A stretch of 62,438 bases of DNA, counting the filler, from Choristocarpus tenellus KU-1152 (lineage: Eukaryota; Protista; Phaeophyceae): the NCBI GenBank assembly GCA_964200185.2. It is 13 parts of 13 records of this genome, joined end to end, with 100 filler letters (N's around TTAATTAATTAA, not from the genome) between each part and the next. Parts side by side here need not be neighbours in the genome. Positions count along the whole stretch, not along the records: positions 11,657 to 15,015 come from CAXNAD020020551.1; positions 15,116 to 19,511 come from CAXNAD020014745.1; positions 19,612 to 23,437 come from CAXNAD020017716.1; positions 23,538 to 32,641 come from CAXNAD020003980.1; 9 more parts are not named here. One strand, written 5' to 3'. The position numbers were made by a program, and so were the translations under genes. Below are positions 12,885-26,500 of the stretch, piece after piece. The stretch's first letter is position 1; each line of letters opens with the position of its first letter. The notes under the pieces were generated by a model. That model had not been told where the DNA came from. It did not search any database and was given only the letters and a program-made list of their open reading frames with translations.

Positions 12885-13788
12885 TCATCTATCGTTCTCT
12901 TCGTAGCCCTCCCCATATTCATTCTCGCCACTGAACATATCGGATGAAGTCAACTTGGACTCGAGGTATTTACGGAGTAATTCTCTGTGGTCCTTAGGGA
13001 TGCCTTCCAAGACCTTTGAAATACCCTTTGCGACCTCCAGTCGGGCATCCATCACAGCTTCGCACATCTGCAAAGACAAAAACCAGGAAAAATAGTTAGA
13101 AAGGTGGTTAGATCTACCAATCAAGTTTATGAACTAACCAACATGGTTACATTGACAAATTGGGATTTGTACACATTCCCGGATAGAAATTAGTTGTACA
13201 TCTTCATCACCAATTCAACCTTCATTTAAAGATATTTGTACATATTTTTTGTATACTGACTTGCCAAGCACCAAGAGTTAAACCATGATTTTCTGACGTG
13301 CAAAAATAGCTAAGGTGACAAACTTTAGTCTGATACAAACCTATAACCGTAAAGCTCATGTAAATAGAAATAAACCTTTCAAACTCTTGTTTCCAGGAGT
13401 GCAGAAGCAAGAACGTATTCTCACTCAACATGAACTTACAGTGGACATCTTAGGAGGTACCCAGTGTGACAATACCCCTCAAACATACTACCTACAACAC
13501 AGTATTTACATACATGCTCTACAAAAGCAACCCGTAACACCCATCCGCGTCTACCCAAAAAACAAGGTGTCCCTAATTCTAGATTAGGTTTAGTGATATG
13601 ACAGAAAACGTTTGCCAACTAAAAATACGACATCCAAAACGCTGAGCATCCCCTTCTACTGCTCCTCCCCTACACCAGGGACAGAACAATGTGGAAATAG
13701 TAGGTGCACCCTTACCTGGCGCCCCGCAGCTGATTTGCCACCATGAATTGTTGGAGCATCCAGTATTGTCAACAGAAGACGGTTGCCC
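12885..13788 (-). CDS. Last two exons of a hypothetical gene: 13788-13716 and 13067-12885
   Basis: cag|...GNRLLLTILDAPTIHGGKSAAGRQ|gtaag splices in phase to tttgcag|MCEAVMDARLEVAKGISKVLEGIPKDHRELLRKYLESKL...* . Confidence 0.55.
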
Positions 13789-14844
13789 CTGTGTGATGTT
13801 TTGGGTGTGTTCTCAAAATGATGCATGTGAAATGCTGGAAGTGAGAAAGGTCAAAAGCGGAACCTACTACATAATGACAGGTGGGCTGTCTATAACGTCA
13901 TTTTGCTTTAAAGATTAGAGCATGCTTAGACTGCAGACTAGAGGGAGAAAGCATGTCACTATGCTCACAACGCCATACCACTGTTTTATCATTTTCAGTA
14001 GGGTCCAAGTGAATTTTTTCAACAAAATGCATGCTGAATGGGCAAATCGGGATTCCGGTCAGGGATTTGTACTTTCACGATAACGAAATGTAGCTGTGAA
14101 AGTAGTTGAACAAATTGATTCTGTAAAGTTGATTAGCTATACAGCTTCTCCTTTCTCATTTAAAGTCAATGGCTATCAACACAATTCAAGTTTGTATGAC
14201 GAACATGCATAGGAAGAAACCGAAGGTTCTTCTAAGATGTATGCTGGAGACTGGCCTTAAAAAAATAACGCAAGAAAAGGAAGGCATTATTTTGAACTGA
14301 CCACACAATATAATGAAAACAAAGATGGCAAAAGGATAATGTGGCCGTCACCACGACGGCACAAGAAGAGATGAATACCAGCCTTAAACAATTTTTCCTG
14401 CACCCCTCCCACAAAAAAATACAGGAACTTTTCATCAATAAGATACAACCTGCAAAGATATAGGCAGACAAGCTACTGTTGTGCACATAAGAAATAAATG
14501 GATTTTACTTAGAATACGCTGGACATGTACATACAAATTGCAAATCCAGATTATAGCACACACATTTACATAGTTGAGGTTTTGGTGTTTGGCATGCATC
14601 AAGGGAAGGCCGTTGTACCTTGTCTGTTATTCGAAACTGAATAAACCCTCATAAAGAGTATGGAGGATTCCTGCTCATCCACTGGATGAGGTTATGCACC
14701 GTTATGCACCACTAACCCCAACCCTAAGAGTGTAACACTTTTCTAAGGGGTATGATAGCATCCGCTTCCACCACCTTAACTGTGCAAGGTGCTATGCTCT
14801 ACCATCCTTTTAAAGACACTCAACAGATCCACTAGCACAAACAG

Positions 14845-15015
14845 TATGCAAAAGAGAGCTACTCAAGTAGAGTATTTGCTTTATGTGGTATGGATATGTT
14901 TATTAGCGAAGTGAGCGTGAAGGGGAATCGTGTGAGGCTCATAACCTATGCAAAAGAGAGCTACTCAAGTAGGGTATTTGCTTTGTGTGGTATGGATATG
15001 TTTATTAGCGGAGTG
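14845..15015. repeat. 102-bp tandem repeat (1.7 copies, cut by the contig end)
   Basis: tatgcaaaagagagctactcaagtag... at 14845 and 14947. Confidence 0.9.
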
Positions 15016-15125
15016 NNNNNNNNNNNNNNNNNNNNNNNNNNNNNNNNNNNNNNNNNNNNTTAATTAATTAANNNNNNNNNNNNNNNNNNNNNNNNNNNNN
15101 NNNNNNNNNNNNNNNTCTTTTTACT

Positions 15126-15185
<60 letters not shown>

Positions 15186-15336
15186 GTGACGTGTAGTACT
15201 TTACTCGACAGATGTACTTGTTATTGTTACTCTGCTGTTGAAGTGTCCAGGTACTGAGGTACTGAGGTACCAACCAACCGTGCTGTTCCAGTGAGGATGC
15301 CAACGCTTGCGATCGAGTCAGGAGGCCGCATGTCGT

Positions 15337-15390
15337 AGGTTAGGGTTAGGGTTAGGGTTGGGGTTGGGGTTAGGGTTAGGGTTAGGGTTA
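15337..15390 (+). repeat. Interstitial telomere-like (TTAGGG)n with TTGGGG variants
   Basis: About 9 units read directly. Shorter tracts at about 16505-16530, 18083-18100 and 62168-62196. Confidence 0.9.
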
Positions 15391-15791
15391 GATCACTTTT
15401 CCTGACTCCCCGTGGCAGGAGAATGGTAAGAGGTTGATGGCGAGGGTCCTGGGTGTTGTTTTGAGTTGGAAACGTGAAGATGGTAGAGATGGGACTGCTC
15501 AGGGAGATTGCGCTACTAGGGGGGGGGGGGTGGGGGGGGGGGGGGGGGGGGGGGGTTGTTGGGGACCCGGATTATGCCAGGTATCGACCCGGTATTTGAT
15601 TTTGTCAAATTTTTAGATTTGAGTGCTCCACTGAGGCAGGCGTTTGTGCGGCCGTGTACCCTGATTGGGCGGTGGTATCTCAATATTTGACAAGAAGGGT
15701 ATTGTTTTGTACCTTTTGTGATCTCAAGCATTGTTGCCGTGCATGTGATCCCATGTAGTAACATACTAGTTTGGCGGTGTGTGTGTGTATG

Positions 15792-15822
<31 letters not shown>

Positions 15823-17241
15823 TTAATGCATGTAAGATGCAAAGCAGATTTTATCCCCCATTGTTCAGACTATTTTATTCTTGAGGGTGTATATGTGAAC
15901 ACTGGTTATGTGTACACATTTTGCAGACATTTGATATATATATACATATATATATACACATCTGTATGTATTAACCTGGAAGTATGTATGTGGACACAAT
16001 GCTAGTTGGATGTAGATTGTTTCCAGTGTTTACCCTTATCCTTTGTAAATGTACTTGGGCATTGATATGGTCATTTTTTGTAATCATTGTATATATATAC
16101 TTCTTTATGTATGTATTCAGGGGTATGTGGATCAACCCAGTAGTGATTGGATACCTACATTATCCAGACACTTTGTAGCAGTGTGTACATAGTTGCAGTG
16201 ATGGTATGACCTCGTCCTTCAGACAGCATACATGTATTCTTAAGGTATGTACAAGTAAGCAGTTTACATGCAGAGATATTAAGAGCAAGCAACTACACGT
16301 GGGCATTCTTGGAGTCTCAGGTATTGTATGTGTATGTAGTATGATCTGCATGTCTCTTATGTACGTGTGTAGACATACATGTTTGTGCTCTTACTTTTCC
16401 ACTACCACTGCAAAACTGTTTTTGGAAACTAATTTGAATCCAATTTCGTTCTGTTACGTCCTGTCTAATTTTTGTTTTTTCAACTTTTTGGGTGGGAGGA
16501 GTTCAGGGTTAGGGTTAGGGTTAGGGTTAGTGGTAAGAGGCATTAGCGATATGTTTACGTACGTAGAGGAAGAAGAGCTCTCACCCAAATAATGCCTTCC
16601 AGTTGTGAAACTGCGCTGGTGAGGACCAGCGTGCCTGGGACATAGCAAGAACGGGAGGGAGCCGGTGTAAGCATGACCCTGGATGCTGACAGAATATTTG
16701 CAGAGTGACCACTATCCAGGAAAAGAATGACCCATTGCCAGCAGGAAAAGAGTAATTTATTACAAATAAATGTAATACTGACTGCACTGGAAGTGAAACC
16801 CCGTCCAAGACTCTTCAGTTCAGAGTCGAAAGTTTCCTTGTTGAGCCTGCCCCTTTCTTCCATGACCTTAGTTCAGCCCTGTTGAATCGAAGCGTTCTTG
16901 GAACCTGTCAAACCACCTCCAGCTATTGGTATCTCAAATTGCAACATCGGAATGTCCACTGGGTGGTTTGTATGCACGTAGGCGTGTGTGTGTGTGTGTT
17001 CACAGGCAGAAAGTACTGAGATTTCACACATTTTCAGTGCAAATATTTTACCTAAAGCAGCAAATCACAGGCGCTCCCCCCCCCCCCCCCCTTTGTACAA
17101 CCTCTCTTTGTGGTTCTCAATTAGAATTGTCAAGGCTTCTTTCACATCATGGGGCTCGTTGAGTTCCCTAACCCCAGCTTGCCGCTCCCCACCCCCTTGC
17201 CCCTCCTTCACTCCTGGCGCCTGTCTTTATATCTCGTGAAG

Positions 17242-18924
17242 GGGTCACTGGTATTGGCGAACACAGTCGCCTTCACCCCTGAGAAACCTCACTTCGAGTG
17301 TCGCCCTTTCATGGAGGTTCAGTTTGACTGTCTGACCCTGGCCGGTGAACTCAAGGGGGAGGATATGGAAGGCGTTAGCGCTTCGGTGGCGCTTGATGAC
17401 TTCGGAGTGTATGAGGCAAGGGGTTTTCCTTGTTATTTTGTGCTTTTTTTGGACCTGCCTTTTCTGTGTGTGTTAGTTAGTGGGTGGTGACAGGTTTGAT
17501 CCCATGTTTGATGAATCAGCGATGGAGGAAGGGCGGTCGATCTCACAGTTGAATGGAAATAAGACTCTTTTGTGTGGAATAGGTCCTTGCTGTGGTTGTG
17601 CGTTGGTTGAGTCCGCCTCACCCTTCCACCAATCATGTCCACTCCTCCCCACCCTTCCACCAATCATGTCCACTCCTCCCTTGACTGCTTTCTGAACCGG
17701 ACAAATTCTCCTTCAACTGAAAAAATCCCCTGCACATTCCTGGCCTGGCTGGTACCATGATCCCCTAACCAATTTCATTCATATCAATATTTAGGTGGCA
17801 GGTTCCTGTCCATCCTAGCCCTCAACCTATAGCCTAAGCCCTCACACCATGAAGCCTAGTCCAAATGATCGCATCCCTAACTCTTTACCCTAACACCAAT
17901 GCTGACCCTAACCCTGAAAGTTCCACATCCTTCGCCAGGACAAGAAAAAAGCCTTACTGACCTTACCTCCAACTCTCTGTAGCGCCAATCCCAACCCCAT
18001 TGCCAACCCTGACCCTCAGGACTCCAGATCCAATGTAAGGGCAAAGATTATGCTTCTTTTTTTTTTTGGAGCAGTTTGTATATCCCTAACCCTAACCCTT
18101 ACCCAGCCCCAAATCCACAACCCAAATGCCAACCATAATCCTAAAAACTCCAGATCCTTGTCAAGGATAAGGCAGAAGGACGGAGAAAGACCAAGCACCC
18201 TCGCCAGGGCGTTAGCCATCATCCAAATATCTCTACAATGCCTCAGCACAGCAGTCCCCCGTGTCAAGGCAGCTCTTACTCCTCAGCCACAGTGCGCTCC
18301 CGGGTGATAACCAGACGAGCGGCTGCGGCTGATCAGACTGGGATTGGGTTCAAGGGTGGGGGTGGGGAAGGAGAAGTGAGCGTTGATGATGGAGGTGGTG
18401 GAGGTGGTGGTGGGCACGGGGTACGAGGTAGTTGCAAGGCGCTGTTTGAGATGCGTCTGGAGATGAGTCCGTCGGACTCAGACTTCGATGCCAAGTTTTA
18501 CCTGGCTGTTGATCAGGTAGATGCCCAGAGTATGTCGTTGTGGTGAGGTTGTAATTATTATTATTATTATTACCATTATTATTACCATTATTATTATTAC
18601 TATTGTTGTTGTATTGAAGTTAAAAATTCTCGTAATGGTTGAGTCACTGCACCTCTTCCGATTTTTTTGGTCTAAAATAGCTGGCTCTATTGACCAGTTC
18701 GTTTTTTGACCTGTCTTATATTTCTGTATTTCTGTATTTCTGTTTCTTTTTTTTATTTTCATTTTTGTGATGTTACGTATTGACTGCGTTGACTTATTTG
18801 GACCCTGTTGTGTGTGTTTTTGTATCAGGTGGAGGCGGTACTCTCTCCCACTGCGAGGTGGCTAGAGGCTGCTCTGATGTTCTCACAGTGGCCGGAGGAA
18901 CTGGAATATTGGACTAATCTGGAG
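17242..18924 (+). CDS. Internal exons of a VPS13-like (bridge-like lipid transfer) protein: 17242-17415, 18247-18516, 18829-18924
   Basis: Phase-0 exons give ...MEVQFDCLTLAGEL...VSASVALDDFGVYE|...KALFEMRLEMSPSDSDFDAKFYLAVDQ|VEAVLSPTARWLEAALMF..., which resembles the VPS13 N-terminal beta-groove pattern (recognition only). A further exon may lie at about 15419-15580. Confidence 0.6.
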
Positions 18925-20008
18925 GTGAAAGCATCGTACTCTGGAGCGGTGGAGTAGGAGTAGCATGAGACATTGCATTGTGTTGATGCGCTGTGTTTTG
19001 TGAAATTCTCTTGCGCCTCTGTGTTTGTCTTTTTTTTTTGTTTTTTCAGTGAAAAAAAAAATGTTCAAGAGGAAGGCGGGAAAGCCTTTTGACGTTAGTA
19101 TTTTTTTCCTTGTGTGTGATGCAATGTGTTTTGCGTCTGCAGTGGGTTATTTTGAGTCTTATTTTGAGTGTTATTTTGAGTGTGGCATCTTGACGCTTTT
19201 TGTGCAATCAATCTCCTTTGCAAATAGTTTTTGTGTGTCTGCTGCCAGAGAGTTTATTAGTTGGTTAGTTTTCATAGCTACATCGCACCTAGTACAGACA
19301 TGGTTGATTGGATTCGTGTGGGCAGTATTGGAGCAAGCCTCACTGTCTCCTGTAGTGCAAAGCCCGGTGTGTGTGTGTTTGTGTGTGTGTTTGTGTGTGT
19401 GTGTGTGTCTGTGTGTGTGTGTTTGTGTGTGTGTGTGTCTGTGTGTGTTTGTGTGTGTGTGTGTGTGTGTGAAGGATAAGTTCTCTATTATTATTTTTTA
19501 TTAATATTATTNNNNNNNNNNNNNNNNNNNNNNNNNNNNNNNNNNNNNNNNNNNNTTAATTAATTAANNNNNNNNNNNNNNNNNNNNNNNNNNNNNNNNN
19601 NNNNNNNNNNNATAGTGGATATACTTTTTTTCTCCCCCCCCCCCCCCCCCTTATAAAACGGCACACACCATGAACTGCGGTATGATGATTAGGGTTAGGG
19701 TGGGCAGGATGTTCTGGTCAAAAACGGACGCCGGCACCCTCCCCCCCAGATACTTTGACCCCTCTCTTGTTCACAAACACCTCCACGTAAACCCACAGAA
19801 TGAAAAAAAAACATCAGTTACATGAGTAGCTTACAAGTTCACTCCTACACAATGCAATCGCTAAGAATTTAGTCCTAACCCTTGGAAGCAAAAAAAATAT
19901 ACAAGGAAGTCCCGCTTTACACAAGTACACAGGTAGGTGCTGTGCATTCTTAGGTTTGTAGGTGGGAGTACCTTTGTAGGTGGGAGTACCTTTGTAGGTG
20001 CATCATCC

Positions 20009-20289
20009 GAGTGGAATCATCTTAGGGTTAGGGTTAGGGTTAGGTTTTAGGGTATCAGTTTTGCCTGTTTGTCTGTTTGGGGCTTGCCCTCCCTTTGGGT
20101 TATTTATTACATTTTCCTACTCTGAAATGTTTTGGAGTAGGTAAAATGTATACGTTATGAAAAGGTGTGTTCGGAACAAGGATGTTGACACTTCCTTAAC
20201 AAACATAATAGCCAAAATTACATCAAATTGCAACATTGGATTTTGGCCCCCAAATGGACGAGACTCTACTCTCTAAGATACTTTGAATC
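20009..20289 (+). mobile_element. MITE, full-length copy with a (TTAGGG)n expansion in its left TIR
   Basis: Starts gagtggaatcatcttaggg and ends ctctaagatactttgaatc. The interior matches the reverse complement of 34237-34499. Flanks are ATCC/ATTC. Confidence 0.8.
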
Positions 20290-23200
20290 ATTCTACAATC
20301 CCTTATCCCTTTACAGACAACACACAGTTACCATATACCAGATATATATGTATGTATATATATATATATATATTTTTTGTACATCTGTCCGTTTAGGGTA
20401 GTGCAAGTGTCAACCAACAGGATCGTCCCAAAGTCATGGTGTAGATGGGGAGATTGAAGTTGCTTGTTTGCAGCAGGACACCTTACTTCAAAAAATTATG
20501 TATGCATGAAATATGAGATTGATTACTGGGTGTCAATTCAAACTGCATGGAATGAACAAAAAAATGCACAATGCCTACTGCTACCTCTAGGTCTCATGAA
20601 GAACTGCTTGACTTCCTACCAACAATACTGACAAATCGGCAGTTCATGCGGATGCCCATCAGAGAGCTACACTGCTAGGCATGCTGTGTGTTGCCCTTGC
20701 TCCTACGGTGCATAGTTCAGATATTATCTATCCAGGCGTCACAAGATGCATTGCCTTTGCAACCAAGAAGCAAAATGGTGAGCAGAGAAGGTGTGAGCAT
20801 GAAACTTACTCTGTGCCTTACACATTAACCTTGCGATTTATGGGGTGTATTGGTCGGAATGTGCTCATTTTGAGAGGTTATATATAGGAAGGGTAAGGGC
20901 AAGGTTAAGGGTTTGGGTAAGGGTTACGTTTATAGTGTTTGAGAAAAAAAAAAAAATATATATATATATATATATATCCATTTTAGCATCGCCGAATCGT
21001 TTCTATTTTTCTCACATGGTATTGATGCACGATTTGAAAAGTGGATTGTAGTGTGAGTGGTACATGATGGGTGTGCGGCGCACTTTATTGTACAGTCTGT
21101 GTCTTGATGCAATGTGAGCAAGATCATGGGGATGTATAGTTATAATTATGACAACGGTTTAGTGCAAAAAGGCACCAACCTGAAGTGGTTCCTCAAAACG
21201 ATTGTAGAGGTCCGAAAGAGACAACAATATATCGTGTTAAGTGCTAATACTCTAGGAGGTCAAGAGCATTCAACACCTGCAAAATCTCCAGACCAACTCC
21301 AACCTCTGATAATATTTGTTCTGCATATACAACTCCCTCGCTTAAGGCATGCTTGTTATCCGTTCTGGAAGTGCATGACCCCTGTGATGGACCGATTCAA
21401 AAACGTTAATGGAGATGAGGGAAGAGGGGTTAGGCACAGGTACCTTAGCTATCTATATATGCTCACCAAAACAAGTAAGAAACGGTGGTGAGAACCTCCA
21501 CAAGACAAAAGATCAGAGAGGATGCAGCAAGGTTCGAAGGAAGTGACTATTGAACAATCTAAGAAGGTGTTTCTTAATACAGATAAGAGAAAGAAATCTT
21601 GGTTGATTTTTGGGGGGTGGTTTGAGGACCAGTGATGCAAAAAAAAATCGATTTGTTCCGTCCAACCTCTTCTTTTGCTGCGAGTGAAATCGTGATGAAA
21701 TAGAAGAGGCCCAGGATAGGATAGAAGGTGATCCCTAACCACTTGTTGATGTGTATTATCGCTTGGTGTACCCACGGAGTGGAGGAAATGCGCCGAGTCT
21801 TGGTCGCCTCCAGCTTCGCCAGAAAGAAAGAAATCAAGAGGGACGTACCAATCATGCTTAATAAATGCACGGAGGCGTGGTGTACTGAGCAGTACACAGA
21901 TGAGTAGCGAAAAGGTTCCGCTAGAAAGTTCATTATCGACTCCAGTGCAACCGTGAGGTGCATTAGGAACAATTCGAGGTGAAGCATCCTGCAAAAGGTT
22001 CATGGTTAAGAGGGATTGGTTCGTCTTAGTTGTCTTTTTGGATTATATCGTGTACTCCAAGTAAATATCGCTTCTTTCGATGTCTTTGAGATAAATCAAC
22101 GATTCCAAATTCCCACCTAAACTTCTGTCGACGAGCTACTATCCTCGATGATGCTGTAGGACAATCTGTCGATTTGATTCTTGTTCCTATTGAGCTTTGG
22201 GGACATTTAACAGGTAGAGAAGATAGAGAGAAACCCGCTGTTCTATTGCCTTCTACTGGTAATGGTGGTGGTGTTGACGGGTCCTTCCTTATGTTGTCCC
22301 TCCCCTTCACCACAATAATATTTAAGTTTCGTGTCGTGGACCCAGCCTGTAGTCCCAGAGGAGTCCCCGAACAGTCAGCCCTGAAGCCCTTTCTGTTGAA
22401 TAAGGTAGCCAATATCTCTTCAGATACTATTAACGTTCGAAAGACCAGGACGGCATCAACGCACTTCAAGGCGTATACTTGCCAAGCTTCTCCCGCCATA
22501 GTCTACAAATGTTTGCCACTTCAAATCCAAAAAAAACAACGTAGATAGTTGTTTTGGCTGGACAGTAACCGCTACAAAGCACGACCAATTAAACACATTT
22601 TCATGGTCAAGTACGTTTAAGCACAGGGGAAAATGACTGATGCCCTTGATAAGATAAATTCAGCTTTTCTCAATCAGTTTCATTTTCTGGAGGTGAGAGA
22701 ATTTCTAATTCACACAACGACCGTCTTTTGGGGTTGAGATGGCATGCTGTTAGATGCTAAACATATGTATCTACGTAAGTATCAAATAGGAAAACTTGGT
22801 AAGGGTAATATGGTATCATGTTCTTACTTGATTTCTTTGACATGAGTGTGAGACATCCCAGATCCGTAGCTACAAGGGAAGTCAAAAGGAGACATAGAAA
22901 AATATACAACACAGCAGCATACATGAGAAAAGAGAGGAGGGAGAAGGGAGAAGGGAGAAAGGGCTAAGGAGAAAGCAAGTCCTTTGATTAGAAAAAATTC
23001 CAAGACCTGAGGGACATCATCTGCCTTGATATATCACTATCTCCTAGATTTTACAGGCAAAGGAATCCAAATTGGGGGGAAAAGAAAAATAATAATTTGT
23101 CGTGTCTCAGTCCACCTATTACTACCACACGAGAAAAAAAAAATCAAGAAAATTCAAATCTCTTGAGTCAGTCTAGTAGTGACAGGAAGAGAAGAGGGAC

Positions 23201-23338
23201 TCAAGATTATGCAAGCGATCAGGCAATCATGCTGCAAAGATAAAAGACCAGAGAGACAAGTAGGGGTAATCATCAGTCAGTAGAGACTAATTCTGAAAGC
23301 TGATCTGCTTGAGCTGCCTTATCTGCAACTACGGCATG

Positions 23339-23437
23339 GAGTGAAAGTATCTTAGAGGGTACGACTTTTCCCCTGATTGTCCATTTGGGGCTTGGCTTCC
23401 CTCAGGATTTTTTATGGCATTTTCCTACTCCAAAATA
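23339..23437 (+). mobile_element. MITE left end, truncated by the contig end
   Basis: gagtgaaagtatcttagagggtacgac...cattttcctactccaaaat matches the MITE family. Confidence 0.85.
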
Positions 23438-23537
23438 NNNNNNNNNNNNNNNNNNNNNNNNNNNNNNNNNNNNNNNNNNNNTTAATTAATTAANNNNNNN
23501 NNNNNNNNNNNNNNNNNNNNNNNNNNNNNNNNNNNNN

Positions 23538-26500
23538 ACTGCTTGTAGGCAAGGGCCAAGACCCTCATCCCTCCCCGGGCCAATTTAGCCGCCCTAGCAT
23601 CGTAGTCAGAAGGACGTTGCCCAACGGCAAGGCGGGCACCTATCGCCTCTGGTGAGCCCTTCACCAGGACCCACCACACTCCTGTGCCCTGGTCAAAGCA
23701 ACAGGTCCAGTGGGGTAGGGGGGGTAGGGTGTTGAATTTTGGCAAGCGAGAAGAATTACATATTTTTTTTAGCTTGGATTCAAAAGGGTGTGAACATTCT
23801 GCTAACAAGAAATACAGCAGTTTGATATCAACATCAAATACAACATTCACCCTCCATGTTCGAGAATGTCTGCATCCCTCCAAAGTTTGATACTTCCAGT
23901 CATACTAACACCCTCAACTTCAACATTAATGTACACCATAGCTAGCTCTGCATGTCCAAAAAGAATCTGACCTTCTGTCGAATAGTGTGTCTCAGTGTGA
24001 ATCAAGAACAAAGCAAACAATTCCAATATGCCACACAAAAAAATGGGCATCCATGGAAGGTGGTTCATCGAACTAATACTATAAAAGGTTAAAAAAAACT
24101 CCTGGATCTTAATCTCACCATATAATTCTTACTGCTGCTTTCCACACTGGACAAGGTCTAAAATTACTCAACTACTTCTAAAATTGATCAACAGAAGCTC
24201 CTCTCCTCATAAATCTTGATAAATGATCAAATGAATTATGCAGTTTCATGTCACAAACACTGCTTCGCCGATTCAGCGATGACAGAAAGCACCAGCCTAT
24301 CAAGAGAAAAGATAGTGATGGTTCTGCTTAAGGGATAATCTGGTGCTGGAATAAGAAATAATTGATATTTCCGCTTGATATACCGTTTGATATCCTTACA
24401 CTGACTATCAATGGTTTTGTTTAGATCCTCACAACTGCCAACTCTGTTCTGCACAGAGGCAACATTTAGAGTGGACGATGATCTCACACATTCACTGTTA
24501 AAACCTCCCTGATCTACTTCTACCAGCAGTAAGTCAGTGAGTGTTGTGAACAGACAACACAGGAAAAACCTAAACATCAGTCCTTACAACTAACATTCAC
24601 AATATGATCTTCATGGTAAGATAACCTGCAAAAACCAAAATTCTCTGCAACAACAACAACAGTGCTAAAAACACTTCAACATCAACACAACTAAGGTGTA
24701 ACACCTGTATTTCTTTGACAGCATCACTCAACCTTTTCACCCGTTCAGCAAACAGCAACAAAAAAATATAGTATAACTATGCCAATAAAAGCATGCATAG
24801 TAGAGATGAGGCGGGGGGAGGTGAACCCGCCCTACGAACAACTTGTAATGGGTGATTCTGTTACTGTGCGTATGCAGGCTGTGCAAGAAAAATATCAATG
24901 AAAACTGCATACTCCCAGCAGGTTATCAACTTAGTGCAGTGTTCCTTACAGGTTTAGCATGTGAGCAACTCTGGAACCCACAACAACTGGACCTCTTACC
25001 AAGTACTACATATTGTTCTTGAAAGGTCAAGACATGTAAGGGTACTCAGGTACACAACTTCTCAGGAATTATACTTTCATGTTTAGATGAGTGACCAGCA
25101 ATGACTTCAACAACCTCAGTCCAATCAGATGAACTACATTTTCAAGTGAAACCATTTCAATAACCGCTCCTTAAGCTATCCTGTCAATTTCAGATGCTCA
25201 GGTTCATCAACTCCATCACAACGTTTCCACAATTGAACTTCCATTGTCGGCTGCAGAGTTAATCATGCCATGGACAGGGCGATTCACTGAGGGCCCGGGG
25301 AACCTGATGATCAGAGCTTCCAGCTACTTGATGAAAACACATGCTCAGCAAACAATACCTCCAACCATATCCCTGACATATGCATCCCAGGTATAGTCCT
25401 AACCCAGAGATTGGTTGAGACCATAAGCACCATTAAGATTTTGATTTATCAGTGTGCAGATACTTGCTAGCTTCAACTACGCAACAATGCCAAACTTCCC
25501 AAGCTCCATGGCAAGCACACCTTTCCATACGGTCATAGATTCAGTAATCCGTATCGCTAACCAATCTGCAACAGATTGGGAAAACACTGCATGCTGACAT
25601 GGACAGATCTTTTACAAAGAAAATTCTCTGAACCATCCAGTTGTATCAGTGTGCTTAGATTCTCAAGCTCCTAATGGCTTGAACTACCTAGGCGGATGAC
25701 TGTCAGAGCAAACAAAATAGCTCAGAGCCAAAAACACTGTAATGCACACAGGTGAAGCACCCTCAAAATGTTGGAACATCTCACTCAACTGCTTCTCCCA
25801 AAGGCCTAGAAACTATCTATATCTAGTGAGATGCTCAGTCTACCTACCTTCCTTGACATCCTTAGTTCCCTCAACTTCTCCTCCACACAACTTGATCAAT
25901 AACATTCTCAATAAGTTCAATCAATCACCCAATAGCTCTCAAGTCTCAGCAACCTAACTTGGCTTGACATCTTGAGGAACCATCTCACCAATAGAAAAAA
26001 TATGCTAGGATGATCAACTTCACAGCTACTCAGTGATTGGACTCTTAAACAGAAACTGACTATGCTATGTACCCTTTACAGACCTTACACGTGGCCTGGA
26101 ATAACCAAGTGCTCTAGTATGGCTGTATCTCCCACTCGGCCTGTGTGGTACCCTGAGATATTTTCATATCATGCAGCCCACCAGACCAACTTCCTCAAAG
26201 AAGAACAACAAAAAAATGAGTTCATTCAAAACTTGCAAAGGAGGAACCACTCTCAAGAAGGCAGGGGCAGTCAAGTACCCCAGCTCAACTAAAATAACTG
26301 GGGACAAGGGAGGGGAATAGCACATCAAATATCAGAGATATTTGCATATTCAAGCACTTGCCTGGGTCCTTGCCACTGTGCTCATTCGCTGAAGTTTGGA
26401 ACTGAAGTGATGACGCGTGACAATTTCCAGTGCAGGAACCGACAATCCTTCCAGCACAACAGGTTTCCCAAGGGCCCCACGACCAACTGTAGGCTCAGTC

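Noticed and set aside
19025-19504. Cys/Val-rich ORFs (also 51524-51739 and 60619-61290)
   Set aside because: These are translations of microsatellite-containing intron sequence.
21449-22548. Cluster of 120-180-aa ORFs; FIIDSSAT resembles a copia protease motif
   Set aside because: A single weak motif with no supporting domains, so it cannot be assigned.
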